Shown: one piece after another, positions 25,517 through 38,640 of the stretch | Layout of the letters: each line of letters begins with the position of its first letter | Position numbering within the stretch: position 1 is the first letter of the stretch | Program-made: the position numbers and the translations under genes | NCBI GenBank assembly: GCA_002269645.1 | Contig: NIVC01000637.1 | Coordinates: 101,866 to 165,865 of the forward strand | Direction: 5' to 3' | DNA: 64,000 nucleotides | DNA from: Macrostomum lignano | Lineage: Eukaryota | Notes under the pieces: generated by a model | Database searches by the model: none | What the model was told of the DNA's origin: nothing | The model's input: only the letters and a program-made list of their open reading frames with translations

Positions 25517-27680
25517 AGTTCTTGGACACTTTGTCATCTTACCACTTCGTCATCCACTCTTATTATTGGATACTTCGTCATCTTACCACTTTGTCATCCA
25601 CTTACTAATGTGGACTGTGGACACTTTGTCATCTACCCCCATGGACACTTTGTCATCCACTATTTGTATGAAAAAATTTGTTATATATAACATGTATACT
25701 TGTACATGTGACTACATAACTATATAAAGATAAAGATTAAACATTATACATGTATATGTATCTACATATAGTTGCCCTGACACCCTCCTCCTTTCACATT
25801 CTGGGCTTGGGACCAGACAATGGCAGAGTTACGACCTACAAATTGTCGTTAAATACCGTAATTCGTAGCTACATGTAGGCACAAAGATCACTAATTTCAC
25901 AAAGCACAAAGAGAATAGTATTAAAACCTATACATTTAAACTACTGCAGAATTAATAGTAAAATTCTGGGTGGGGGTAGGCTGGCCACTTCAGTCTTGAA
26001 GGGTGTAACCATCTCTGCACCTGCACCCCCACTTGGATCTGCCACTGGTTAGTTGGTTGGAGAATCAGCACGTTGCACTCATAGACACAAATACATATAT
26101 GGCTTAGCACATTTAGGGGGTGAAAACGCTTTAGCTCAGACTGTATACGTGTAAAGGGTTGGTTAAGTCCTTGCAAGTAGAGCGAGGAGAAATCCATTAT
26201 GTAACATCACTCTAGCTCAGATTGTATAGGGTTGTGATTCAAGGGTTAGTTAAGTCCCTGCAGGTAGAGCAAGGAAAAATCCATGGCCACATACTTTGTT
26301 GCCTCCCCTGGGTTGTAGAAGTGATAATCCCTATTGGAATAAGTTTTCAGACACTGTGGACAGTGCATCTAGTGCGCCATGGCAATCATAAAGTGGCCTG
26401 GACGGTGCGTCATGACAATCTTCAAATCCTAAGGTGGTATGGACGATGTGTCATTCAAATCTTCAAATCCTAGGGTGCCATAGCACTCTAGGTTTAGGTG
26501 ATATTGTGCATGACTCCAGTCTCTATCATGTTCATTCTGATGATGCATCACTCGTTTTTGAGAGATTTAAAGAGATTGAGAGAAAATTGTCTTTGCCTTA
26601 TCCACACACTTTTTCAGTAGTAGTTGTAGCACTTTGGCTCGGGTCGGGTTATCAAATCTGATAACTATTTAGCATGGTGTTTCGAAGAATATTTTCACAT
26701 TTAAATGTCAGCATAAATAAATGTACGCGCAACCAATCAAAAAGATAATTAAACAAAGCAGAAAATTTGTTGAGACTTTTAATAGAATTTAGTTTACTTT
26801 TTTATTTCTTGCAACTGCGTTATAAGAGAACATTAAGAGCAATTAGCATTTGGCACTATGTTATAATGTTTATGAGGCAATAAAGAACATTTCTGCTACG
26901 ATCTTTCAACTACAATTTCCAATTTTACGATTAACTTGCATGCATATTCTAGATGACACAGCAATCAATACATATGATAGGAGATATGCTATACTATAGC
27001 CCATAGCAATATTATCAAAGTTATAGAAATTAGAAAAACAAGTTTTACTTACAGTTTGCTGAATTTCCACCGTGCTGCTGACTTTCTCCTGTGCATGCTT
27101 CTCATCCTTGTTCAGCAGCGCTGTATGTAGCGCGTGATGTCCTCCTTGCATCTTACCTGTGAGCTGCTGTGCGTCATGGCGCATGGCGCGCGTAGCGCGC
27201 CATGCGCCATGACTATGAGGAAAAAGAAAAAGTGCGCTGGACGCCGTCCGCGAAAATACCACTTATTCCAATAGGGGTGATAATGCCAATTTTAAGCTTT
27301 AGCAAAGAAGCAAAAATAATTATTAGAGTTTGGCAAGTTTGAACATAGAACAAAATTACAATGAGCACTAGTATATATGTATGTACTCATACATTACAGT
27401 GTGCGTATGCAAACTGCGTATACATTATGTACATTGGATGCCAATTATAGCAACAACAGACTAAATTGACTAATATGATTGAGTAACAATTTATAACAAT
27501 AACAATCAAATAACAATTTATAGCATTGCTAAATCTTGGGATGATGAAGTGTCCTCAAAATTTGGTCACTTCGTCATCTAGATTTACTAACAATTTTTTG
27601 ATATGACAAAGCATCCAAAAACCATGGTCACTTTGTCATTGAGATGATGAAGTGGTAAGATGACGAAGTGTCCAGGAACC
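25517..27680. mobile_element. Non-autonomous MULE/Mutator-like DNA transposon, 2.16 kb
   Basis: TIR (G/A)GTTC(C/T)TGGACACTT(C/T)GTCATCTTACCACTTC at both ends, subterminal CACTTYGTCATC repeats, 9-bp TSD TTTTCTTGC (25508-25516, 27681-27689). Confidence 0.85.
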
Positions 27681-27941
27681 TTTTCTTGCAGCCTTGTCCT
27701 ACTGGCTTTCCTACCCACTTATCTCTTCTTTAGCACTATCCAATAACACAATGAGCCAAATTCCTCCCTAGCTCCTCAAGTGTGGCAGTGTTGGTGTGTG
27801 GTCTTGGTCCTACACCATGTATAGCATTAGGGCTCAATAAAATCATCAAAATCATATAATCAAATCATCAAATCATCAAAACAAAATCTCAATATTGAAT
27901 GGCCTACATGATTCTGCAGTAATATAGTCTTTGGTAATAAG

Positions 27942-28660
27942 CTAAAAAAGATTCCAAGGCATGAAACTTTCCATAGGCTTAACTACTTCCAATAGTGCTG
28001 TTAATCTAGTGTGAATGGCACTGTACTGCTTGTTGGCCAAGTGAACTCCAGATGGGATTTGAGCAATTAGAGTTTCCTTGCAATATAGGCAATTCAGTGT
28101 GCCACTTTTTGTTAACACATAGCAAGCAATATATTCCATGGCTTTTAGTCATAGTTGATTAGTTATAGGCTTCTGGCTACTTTGCTAGATGATGCATATA
28201 GTCGTAGAAATGATGCAAAGCAAGATGCAATTGGTTCTAATGAAGCTGTGCTAGGTAAATCAATTACCATTGAAGAAATCTGATCTGCTTCTAGAACTAT
28301 CTCAAAGTGTGACAGAATAAGTGGGTATATAGGCCTATTATTAGCATCATCGTCATTCCAAATTATTTCCAATGGCTTCTCCCTGATTAGTCATAGAAAA
28401 ATAAGCTTGCTGTTAGGAATAGCATCTTACCATAGCCTTGTACTTTGGTCATGGTATAGCCTTAGGCAATTGTATGCCTTGTCTGTAAAATGCAAACTTT
28501 ATACCTTCTACTTCATTTGCCATAGCTTCTTGAGAGAAATGGCTTGTAACTCCAGCATTGATTGCCACTTCAATGCTATGGATTGATTCTTTGGAAACTG
28601 GTACATGCAAATCAGGATGCCATCTTTGTTTACTAAGGTACTAGTGCTAATAGCTATAGG
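27942..28660 (-). mobile_element. Degenerate THAP/P-element-like transposase remnant
   Basis: THAP-like YQFPKNQSIALKW near 28600 and P-type C-terminal EYIACYVL...CLYCKETL...K near 28130; many stops. Confidence 0.45.
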
Positions 28661-29274
28661 TTGCCACGTAGCAATCTTCACTTGTGTATTTCAACTCTTC
28701 AATATTTGCAAGCACTCAGTCTTCATGCATTCTTCCTTTGATAGCCATTTGACAATTGTTTTACTTGTTTCAATGAAAACAAAATAGTGCATTTGCAAAG
28801 GAGAAAAGTTAAAAATATATACTAGCTTTTGCTCTGATTTCTAATAGGAAAGCCATGGTAAACCCCCTACTAGTAAGTTGAATTTCAATGCTAGAAAATT
28901 TTGTCTATGGCTTAAGCCATATGAGCTAGTGCTGATGTTGATATGGCAGAACAAAAATTGATAGTCTTGTGCCCTCATATACCCCGAAGAGAGTAGGCTA
29001 TTCAAACATCAAGCAAATTTATATTAAGTGACCAGTCTAGTCTTTTTACAAGAGTATCTGTGACTTAAACTAAGCTCAAGTACTAACTTTTTCAAACTTT
29101 TTTCAACACATTTTATGTTGTCAAGATACAACCAAAGTTTTATTGCTCTAGGCTCTATCTTTAAGTTTAGGTGAAGTGCAATCTGTTCTAGACAATGAAT
29201 GTCAGACTCCCAAAATATATGACAGAGATAGGAGCACATATTATACTCTAATCTAATAAATTGGACCCCTAATA

Positions 29275-31027
29275 ACGGGTGATCCAAAAAAATGGACAAA
29301 CTTTGTAGTGAAACTGTGCCAAGGCAATACAGTGAATCTTTACAGGCTTGCAGCAGGTGAATCCTGACACCTGTAAGATTTTTTCTGCCAACTTTGGAAT
29401 GGATATCTTTATCCAGTTACCTAAAATAGCCATTCTAAATTTAGCCAACAGTCACTTTCAACTTGAAGCCATAGACAGTAGATGTGTAATTGTAGGAATG
29501 ACCACATGACAACCAACATACAAGAAGATCTTTAAGGTCAGATTTATTGAAACAATGAAGCAATGAAACAATGAAATAATTTAAAACAAAGGAACAATAA
29601 AATTTTGTCTTCATCCTTTCCCCAGTCATCTATGTCGCAGCTATCGACCATCGGCTTCAACACACTCCTGCAGACGAGGCAGAAACGCGTCAACAGCATT
29701 ATGCACTGCTTGCATGCTGTTTGTTCTAATGGCATTGAAAGCAGCAACAATTGCTTGGTTCAACATGGCAATGTTCAGGAAGCCTCCGTTTGCAAAACGC
29801 AGTCTTTCACAAAGCCCCACAGAAAATAGTCCACAGGATTGAGATCAGGAGACCTTGAGGGCCACGGCATGTCAAAAAGCCTACCAATTATTCTGTTGTG
29901 TCCAAATGTATCATGCAGAAATGCCCGCGTGGCCAAAGCAGTGTGAGCTGGGGCTCATCCTGCATAAACCAGATGTTACCTGGTTCAATGTGCATTGCCT
30001 CGAGATCTGGCAGAAGAAAATGCTCAAGCACATCTCGGTATGCTGCAGCTGATATTTTGCCAGGAAAAAAATAAGGACCTCCGAGCCAATCTTGAGACAT
30101 TGCTGCAAGCATATGTGTCTGCTGGGCATTCTGGTGCAGACCTGCTGGAGGAATGTCTGGCTGCAAACTGCAAACGGCCCAGTATCTGTCATTCCAAAGA
30201 TTGACTGTTCCGTCAGTACAGAATGCGGCCTCATCAACAAAAAGGATAAATGGAGCACCATTCTCAAACGTTTGCAGCATGTTGGTGCACAGTTCTGTGC
30301 GTTGTACAAAATTGGGCTCCGTCAGTCCATGTTTCACTTCTGTTCGGTACAGGTACATGTGCAAGTCCAGTTTGGCAATCTGTTGGGTCGAAGTGTATGA
30401 GAGCCCAGTACTTGCAGCCACCTGTCTTAATGACGTGCGAGATTCGTCCAGTTCTTGTAGAACTTCCAGAATTCTCTCCTCAGTGCGAGCACTTCTGGGA
30501 CGTCCACTGTTTCTTTATGTGCCTGCTTGACTGTCTTCTTGTCAGTGAACTTCTTAATCAGTTTGCTCACATTGCTTGCAGAGCAGAGCAGAATTTCGAC
30601 AGCATTTTCCTGTTTATTTCTCCAGAAGTTGAACCTCCAAGCTGCTGATCTTACACTACTGCCATTTGCGTAGTAAAATTGCAGAATTCTCACTTGATCT
30701 TCCTCAGTGAATTTGCTGGCCATCTCGATAAAGCACAATTCTGCCACTGGCAGTGAATTAATTTTCATCCTGTCTTTGGCTTTAAGTTGAAAGTGTCTTT
30801 GGTTGTTTCTGCAATTACACATCTACTGTCTATGGCTTCAAGTTGAAAGTGACTGTTGGCTAAATTTACAATGGCTATTTTAGGAAACTGGATAAAGATA
30901 TCCATTCCAAAGTTGGCAGAAAAAATCTTATAGGTGTCAGGATTCACCTGCTGTGAGCCTGTAAAGATTCACTGTATTGCCTTGGCACAGTTTCATTACA
31001 AAGTTTGTCCATTTTTTGGATCACCCA
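29275..31027 (-). mobile_element. Tc1/mariner superfamily transposon (DD41D/rosa-like), about 217-bp TIRs, TA TSD, disrupted transposase at about 29650-30730
   Basis: Long TIRs (GGGTGATCCAAAAAATGGACAAAC...) flanked by TA. Minus strand reads FVDEAAF..G.VN..N.RYW...GPYFF...WFMQDG(frameshift)APAHT...WPSRSPDLNPVDYFLWGFVKD. Confidence 0.92.
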
Positions 31028-32195
31028 TTATAAGAATTGTCTCCATTTAAAGTATAGAAAATTATTCTAAAGCAACAGCTGCATCCTTATTTTTTACATA
31101 TAATTTAAATTCATATATTTGGCAATTTGCCAAAATGAAATTGTTACAGAAATGACTATCACTATTGTCTTGTTGCAAAGTGTCTATTACCAATATGTCT
31201 TAGAGCCTATTGCCAAAGTGACTAATAATAGCCTAATAGGCAACAGTCCTTTAAAAAGAACTTGTCTTGCTATCTTTAGCCAAAAACAAGCATTTGGTAT
31301 AAAATAAGCAAGTGCTAGCACCACTAGATCTGATTAGCAACTTAAATAGGCCTAATAGTAGGCCCCCTAGTTGGGCCTAGATTTAGGAACTCCAAAGAAA
31401 AGTTTAGGAATTTAGAAATTATTATAAATTTAGAAAAGTTTGACATACAAACAAAAATTAATCAATTTTTAAGAATTGAATGTTTTAAGAACTTTTGGTA
31501 TATCCATTATATTAAATAATAAAAATGTATATTTAATTTTGTTTTTGCTTTATGTAAAGCTTAGTTTATGTTTAGTTTTTATATAAAATAATTTAGTGTT
31601 CACTTTAATAATTAATTTATAGTTATTTTTGTTCTTACAATTAGAATCACAATTATAATTTGAAATTTGAAATTTTCATAATCTATTATATCTAATCTAT
31701 TACATTTTAATTGAAATTTAGCAGATCCAAATGCAAGCACTAGGATTTAATTGGATCAATAAATATGGTTTTCATTGTGGATGACCAACAAAAATAAACA
31801 AATGTTATGTGCTTTTTAAAAAAAACATCAATTGTAAATTTAAAACACATGCCTACAAATTGCCAAATGACTGACCAACCCCTATTTTATACATGCCTAC
31901 TCTGTAAGACTAAGGCAATTATGTTTCTATGCTTTGTTCTCAAATAAATGAGCATCCAATTAATCTGTTGCTGGCCTTAGCAATATGGCCAATCCCTTAA
32001 TTCCTCCTCTTACTTTCCCAATTGGTATTGGGTGGCACCCAGCAGTCTCAATTCACCAGTATTGCTCCACACAAACAATTTTCAAGCCTAGCAAAGTATA
32101 AGAGAACTCAGCAGAGATGGAGAGCTGAAAATAGATAACTAATGTTGCAATCCTTCCTGCCTGCCACCAGCTCAACATTTGGTCTGTGCTCCTGA

Positions 32196-34523
32196 ATGGA
32201 AGCCTCGGAGCAGGCGGTGGTGCTGAATGTCGGCGGCATTGTGCACACCACCACCAGAGCCACGCTGTGCAAGTTCCCCGGCTCCATGCTGGCTGTCATG
32301 TTTGGCGGCAGCTTCACGCCATCTGTGCTGCGCGACCCGGCCGGCCACGTGTTCATTGACCGGGACGGCAGGCTGTTCAGGCACGTCCTCAACTACTTGC
32401 GCTGCAGCCGCCTGTGCCTGCCAGATGGGTTCCAGGTAGGCTGGACTGAGGTTGTTGGTAGTACTTATCACAAATAGACAAATGGCACTCAGCAATCACA
32501 GCGAGACAAATTGCACTCAGCAATCACATATCTAGACAAATGGAACTCAGCAATCACAGATCTAGACAAATGGCACTCAGCAATCACAGATCTAGACAAA
32601 TGGCACTCAGCAATCACAGATCTAGACAAATGGCACTCAGCAATCACAGATCTAGACAAATGGCACTCAGCAATCACATATCTAGACAAATGGCACTCAG
32701 CAATCACAGATCTAGACAAATGGCACTCAGCAATCACGTATCTAGACAAATGGAACTCAGCAATCACAGATCTAGACAAATTGCACTCAGCAATCACAGA
32801 CAGACAAATGGCACTCAGCAATCACAGAGAGACAAATGGCACTCAGCAATCACAGACAGACAAATGGCACTCAGCAATCACAGATCTAGACAAATGGCAC
32901 TCAGCAATCACAGATCTAGACAAATTGCACTCAGCAATCACAGAGACAAATTGCACTCAGCAATCACAGATCTAGACAAATGGCACTCAGCAATCTCATA
33001 TCTAGACAAATGGAACTCAGCAATCACAGATCTAGACAAATTGCACTCAGCAATCACAGAGACAAATTGCACTCAGCAATCACAGATCTAGACAAATGGC
33101 ACTCAGCAATCTCATATCTAGACAAATGGCACTCAGCAATCACAGATCTAGACAAATGGCACTCAGCAATCACAGATCTAGACAAATGGCACTCAGCAAT
33201 CACAGAGAGACAAATGGCACTCAGCAATCACAGATCTAGACAAATGGCACTCAGCAATCACAGATCTAGACAAATGGCACTCAGCAATCACAGATCTAGA
33301 CAAATTGCACTCAGCAATCACAGAGACAAATTGCACTCAGCAATCACAGATCTAGACAAATCGCACTCAGCAATCACAGATCTAGACAAATGGCACTCAG
33401 CAATCACAGACAGACAAATGGCACTCAGCAATCACAGAGAGACAAATGGCACTCAGCAATCACAGACAGACAAATGGCACTCAGCAATCACAGATCTAGA
33501 CAAATGGCACTCAGCAATCACAGATCTAGACAAATTGCACTCAGCAATCACAGAGACAAATTGCACTCAGCAATCACAGATCTAGACAAATCGCACTCAG
33601 CAATCACAGATCTAGACAAATGGCACTCAGCAATCACAGACAGACAAATGGCACTCAGCAATCACAGAGAGACAAATGGCACTCAGCAATCACAGACAGA
33701 CAAATGGCACTCAGCAATCACAGATCTAGACAAATGGCACTCAGCAATCACAGATCTAGACAAATGGCACTCAGCAATCACAGATCTAGACAAATGGCAC
33801 TCAGCAATCACAGATCTAGACAAATTGCACTCAGCAATCACAGAGACAAATTGCACTCAGCAATCACAGATCTAGACAAATTGCACTCAGCAATCACAGA
33901 TCTAGACAAATTGCACTCAGCAATCCCGCGCCCAGCTCCCAGCACTGCAAATTGCCACCCCGCAGGAATTCGACCTGCTGGAGGCCGAGGCGGATTTCTT
34001 CGGGCTGCCCGGCCTGCTGGCCGCCTGCAGGGAGCGGCGCGACGCTCACGTGTCGCAACAGCAGCAGCCGCAGGCGCAGGCGCCGTCAGCAGCCGACATT
34101 CCATTCAAGTACCTGGTGGAGGTGCTGGAGTTCGAGGAGACGGCTTACTTCTACCGGTTCTACATGCCGCCGCCTAACCGGCAGTCGAACAACGGCGCCT
34201 TCAAGTCCGGCGGCCTGGTCATCTCCGGCCACTCCGAGGCGCTCAGAGCGCTGCCGCTGCAGCGACCGGCTGAGGAGCCAGCAGGAGGGGCTGCGGCGGC
34301 GGCGGACTCTTACCAGAGCGTGTCGGTAAGCAACTCGGAAAAGCTGGCCCTGTTCCACCACATGGCCCGCACTGGCTGGGCTCTGCGCAGCGATGCCTTC
34401 GGCTATTCAACAGACAGTGACGGCTCCTACATGGTGCACAAGTACATCTGGCTCTGGCCCGGCCCCGAGTCGCCGGCCGCTGCCGCCACCGCCGCCGACC
34501 AATCGGAGCAGCAGCTGGACTAG
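32196..34523 (+). CDS. KCTD: KCTD-family BTB/POZ (T1-type) protein, 265 aa; exons 32196-32435 and 33966-34523
   Basis: VVLNVGG..HTTTRATL.K.PGSML..MF...FIDRDG.LFRHVLNYLR. Donor CAG|GTAGG and acceptor CCGCAG|GAA, phase 0; continues EFDLLEAEADFFGL. Confidence 0.92.
32470..33925. repeat. 30-bp intronic minisatellite (AGACAAATGGCACTCAGCAATCACAGATCT)n with 26-28 bp variants
   Basis: Direct reading. Confidence 0.96.
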
Positions 34524-34599
34524 CCAGCGGTCCGGCCGGTTGCAGGCGGCGTACTTGCGCGATTTTTATTGGTGTTGGACTCTGCTCAGAATTCTAAAG

Positions 34600-35150
34600 C
34601 CAATACGAGTTGAGTCAGTCTAGCAGCTAATCAGATCAGAGTCAGTATAGTTCAGCAGCCAATCAGATCAGAGTCAGTATAGTTCAGCAGCCAATCAGAT
34701 CAGAGTCAGTATAGTCTAGCAGCCAATCAGATCAGAGTCAGTATAATCCAACAGCCAATCAGATCCGAGTCAGTATAGTCTAGCAGCCAATCAGATCAGA
34801 GTCAGTGTAGTCTAGCAGCCAATCAGATCAGAGTCAGTATAGTCTAGCAGCCAATCAGATCAGAGTCAGTGTAGTCTAGTAGCCAATCAGATCAGAGTCA
34901 GTATAGTCTAGCAGCCAATCAGATCAGAGTCAGTATAATCCAACAGCCAATCAGATCCGAGTCAGTATAGTCTAGCAGCCAATCAGATCAGAGTCAGTGT
35001 AGTCTAGTAGCCAATCAGATCAGAGTCAGTATAGTCTAGCAGCCAATCAGATCAGAGTCAGTATAGTCTAGCAGCCAATTAAATCAAAGTCAGTCTAGTT
35101 CAGCAGCCAATCAGATCCGAGTCAGTCTAGTCCAGCAGCCAATCAGATCA
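34600..35150. repeat. 32-bp minisatellite (AGCAGCCAATCAGATCAGAGTCAGTATAGTCT)n carrying CCAAT boxes
   Basis: Direct reading, about 17 units. Confidence 0.93.
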
Positions 35151-36162
35151 GCCCAAAGCTGCTCTAACTGCTGCATCATGTACAGTGCAAATTTCGCTCT
35201 CTAGCTAGCTGCTGTGGCAGCCAGTGCTTGGAGCACCCCGTTTTCTTTCACAATGTCGCCTCTCCCTACTTTTTGATTTGCTGTTTCAAGCCGTTTCACA
35301 ACTGCCAGATTTGCTTTGTTTTTGCCGCGATCGCCAGTCAGCAGATTCCCATTGCGGCTCCTCGCGATTGCACACCTCAATCAGCACTGCTATTTGTTGT
35401 ACGTAAGTTATCATAATTATAATCATTCATGCTGGAGCAACTGGTAAATATATGAATCTGCAGCGGTACCGGGCCTCCTCATTGGCCAGCCGTGCTGCAT
35501 GTTGCACATGTAAGTCTAAGTGAAGACTTAAAGTCCTGGTCCTCTATTTTTAGCCTTCTCTTGCAAGCTAGCATTGTGTACATGTAAATGCGATCTATAC
35601 ACAAATTCAGCCAGCTGCGGCCCTTCCACCGCTGATTAGATTAAATAAAAGCCGGGCGCCAAAGCTTTGGTGCCAATTCCGGCGCTCGCGGCAAGCTGCA
35701 ATTTCCATGCGCAGAGGAGAAGTTGCGCCTCCCTGCAGCTCCACTGCCACAGCTCAGCTGTTTGCAACAGGACCGCCTGCTAAGCTTGGATGAAGACTGT
35801 CGGGATTTGGAGAGCTGGGTGAGCGGCACAGAAATTCCTCAACTGCTCAATCAATCTTGCTATTCTCACTGTCCGCATCTTTTGTCTGCCAAAGGAACTT
35901 GCAGTGTTGAGGTCTGTGCACATGGGAGTGGCGTGAGAGTGTCAGTAGGCCATTAACTTAACACGCCAGTAGCCGCAATGCATTGGACTTTTCGTCCTAT
36001 GCTACTTCTATCCATCCACCTATGCTAAAAGTCTTAGATCTGCTGGTCTGTCTGTAACGTTCGAAATGTATCCTATTAGTAGCATTAATTCTATATTTTA
36101 CAAAGACGCTTTGCAAAGACACCTAGAGTGCGATGTGGCCATTCGCCACTTACTTCGGCTGA

Positions 36163-37382
36163 ATGCCACCAGACCCACGATTCGAACTCACGCAGGCCAG
36201 CGGCGCTCGCCCTCTTGCTCGTGGCGGCTATCGCGGCCGCCTACGGCTCCAGCGGCCCCGCCACCATCAGGCCGCTGCCGCTGTACTTTGGCTTCTTCCC
36301 GCGGACAACAACACAGAGGCTGGCCTGAAGCAGCTGGCCAGGGAAACCCTGCTGGCCGCGCTTGGCATCGAGGAGGTGCGCCGGCTGTACTGCGAGTTCA
36401 CCAACCACAGTCTGGGTGAGACTGCTGCAACCAGCTGCTGCTCTGAACTGTTGAAGACGGCTTAGAGCCGCTGATCGAAACAACCAAATGACACCTTTTC
36501 CTGCTTGCATCGCTCCCCATCTCCCAGCAGCCTCCCCATCTCGTAGCAAACTAGCTCCCCATCTAGCAACCTCCCCATCTCCCAGCAGCCTCCCCATCTC
36601 GTAGCAAACTAGCTCCCCATCTAGCAACCTCCCCATCTCCCAGCAGCCTCCCCATCTCCTAGCAACCTCCCCATCTCCCAGCAGCCTCCCCATCTCCTAG
36701 CAACCTCCCAGCAGCCCCCCAAACTAGCTCCCTATCTCCCAGCAGCGATCCCCATTCCCCATCTCCCAGCAGCCTCCTGATCACCAGCTCCGCCAGTCCC
36801 GCAGACACTCCCGTGGCCAACCTGAGCCGCTTTGCCTACGCGAACCCGACTGCGGAGCTGCACGTGACCAGCTTCTACTGCAACTACGGTGCCGTACCCG
36901 CCTGCGCCGCCTACGCGGCCCGGCCCGCCGTGCAGGCAGCCGTGGGTGGCGGCTTCGGCCTGAACGCCACCGCTCTGCTGCTGACGCCCCGCACTTTTGG
37001 CTACCGCGCCGCTCTGGGCGTCGACGCTCTCAAACTGTGGGCGAACGGCGAAGGCGAGGCTGCACCCGGACAACGGGCGTACTTGACGCTGTCCACCAGC
37101 CCGGGGGTGCCGGCGGTGTAGACGGGCCTGGACCTGCTGCGCGTGGCCAACCGGGTTGGACGGCCGGTGCTCGACCCGGCCGGCCGGTTGCGGGTGCTGC
37201 ACTTTCAGCAGGCCGAGTTCCTGCTGCTGCTGCACCGCGCCGTGCCGGCCGAGTTTCGACCGTCCGACGATGGCGAGGGCGGCGCGGCCGCGGGTCTCCG
37301 GCCGACCTCCTGGCTGGCGGTGCTGGCCGCCGCCGCATGGAAGGCCCTGCAGAGCGCCGGCCTGATGGCCCGCGGCGGTTGA
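36163..37382 (+). pseudogene. CNP: CNPase-like (2',3'-cyclic nucleotide 3'-phosphodiesterase, 2H fold) gene with signal peptide, disrupted; exons about 36163-36415 and 36805-37382
   Basis: LPLYFGFF...LHVTSFYCNYG...YA...LLLTPRTFG...LKLW...GQRAYLTL...AV*TGLDLL parallels vertebrate CNP (LPLYFGWF, LHCTTKFCDYG, TPKT, RAHITL, AVQTGLDLL). Frameshift at about 36300, TAG at 37119-37121, second HxT changed to YLT. Confidence 0.82.
36515..36775. repeat. 19-bp intronic repeat (CTCCCCATCTCCCAGCAGC)n
   Basis: Direct reading. Confidence 0.88.
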
Positions 37383-38284
37383 TGACCCGGGAACCAAATC
37401 AGGGACAAATTCCTCTGTGCTACTTGCAGTAGTCTTGATCGCAGTTGACCCACTGTTAAGCACCGATAAGTTCAGCGAGTACTTTTTATTGTCTCGAATG
37501 ATTCCGTGCAGCAATCCAGTAAAACTGTACTTTGAAAAAGCACAATTAAGCAGAACAGTCTCTCCGTAATTAAAAGTCATTCGGAGCTCACAAGACTTAA
37601 TATTTTTTCTGCTTTGGCTTAAATACAGTACGAAACTGGGAAGTGCAGATCAATGCTCGTAGGTCAATTTAGCAATTAGAGTAGCTGGCAGCGGTGACTT
37701 GGAGCTTTGGCAGGCCGAACAGAAGTCCTGGCCGTCCGTGACTTCCTTTCGAAATGAATAAAAGCAGCTGGCAACGAGCAGGCCAGAGTTTAGTGCCGAA
37801 ATGGGAGTCAGTCATAATATTGCTAATTCAGTGAATACGTGGTGCAACCCATGTACTTTTTATTACTAAGCTTTTATTGTTCTCAGAAGATACCGGGGCA
37901 CCGCCAACTGAAACTGGAGAAACTGAAAAAAAACCTCAGCAGCGGAGTGCGGAACCAGACAACTCGGCATGGCGGGCGGGGGGGGGGCAACAGAAAGCCG
38001 ATAAAGAAAATATCAAAACGGAAACTAAAAAACAAGATTTAGCAGTTATAAATAAGCTATTGGTTGCTAGCCGGAAGCGGAAGCGGAGTACAAAGACAAA
38101 CGAAATATGGATGATTGAATTTCAATAAGGCAGTCAAGATTTGCCGCTGCATTCGCATTGCAGACTGAATAAAACAACTGAAAAGCTGATCAAAAGCAAA
38201 GAAATTAGGATTACAAAAACCAACAGGAGGAGGAGCGAGTCGGCACCTCCGCATGCAGGATGCAGTATTGAGTGAGCGTGAGTA

Positions 38285-38640
38285 CAGCAGCCAATCAGAA
38301 AATTACGCAATAGAATGCCTTTAGGCAGCCAATCAGCGACAGGCGACAGCCAATGAGCAAACGCAAATCGGCAACAGCTAATCAGTGGCAGCCAATCAGC
38401 AACCGCTAATCAGTAGCAGCCAATCAGCAACAGCCAATCAGCAACCGCGAATCAGTGGCAGCCAATCAGCAACCGCTAATCAGTAGCAGCCAATCAGCAA
38501 TCGCTAATCAGTAGCAGCCAATCAGCAACAGCTAATCAGCAATCACTAATCAGTAGCAGCCAATCTGCAACAGCCAATCAGCAATCGCTAATCAGTAGCA
38601 GCCAATCAGCAACAGCCAATCAGCAGCAACAATTAATCAA
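38285..38640. repeat. Degenerate (AGCAGCCAATCAGCAAC)-type repeat
   Basis: Direct reading. Confidence 0.85.

Noticed and set aside
32489-33925. Repetitive-protein ORFs in the KCTD intron
   Set aside because: Minisatellite translation products inside a canonical intron.
36732-37580. Long antisense and alternate-frame ORFs over the CNPase-like, coronin and H3 exons
   Set aside because: Expected shadows of GC-rich coding DNA.
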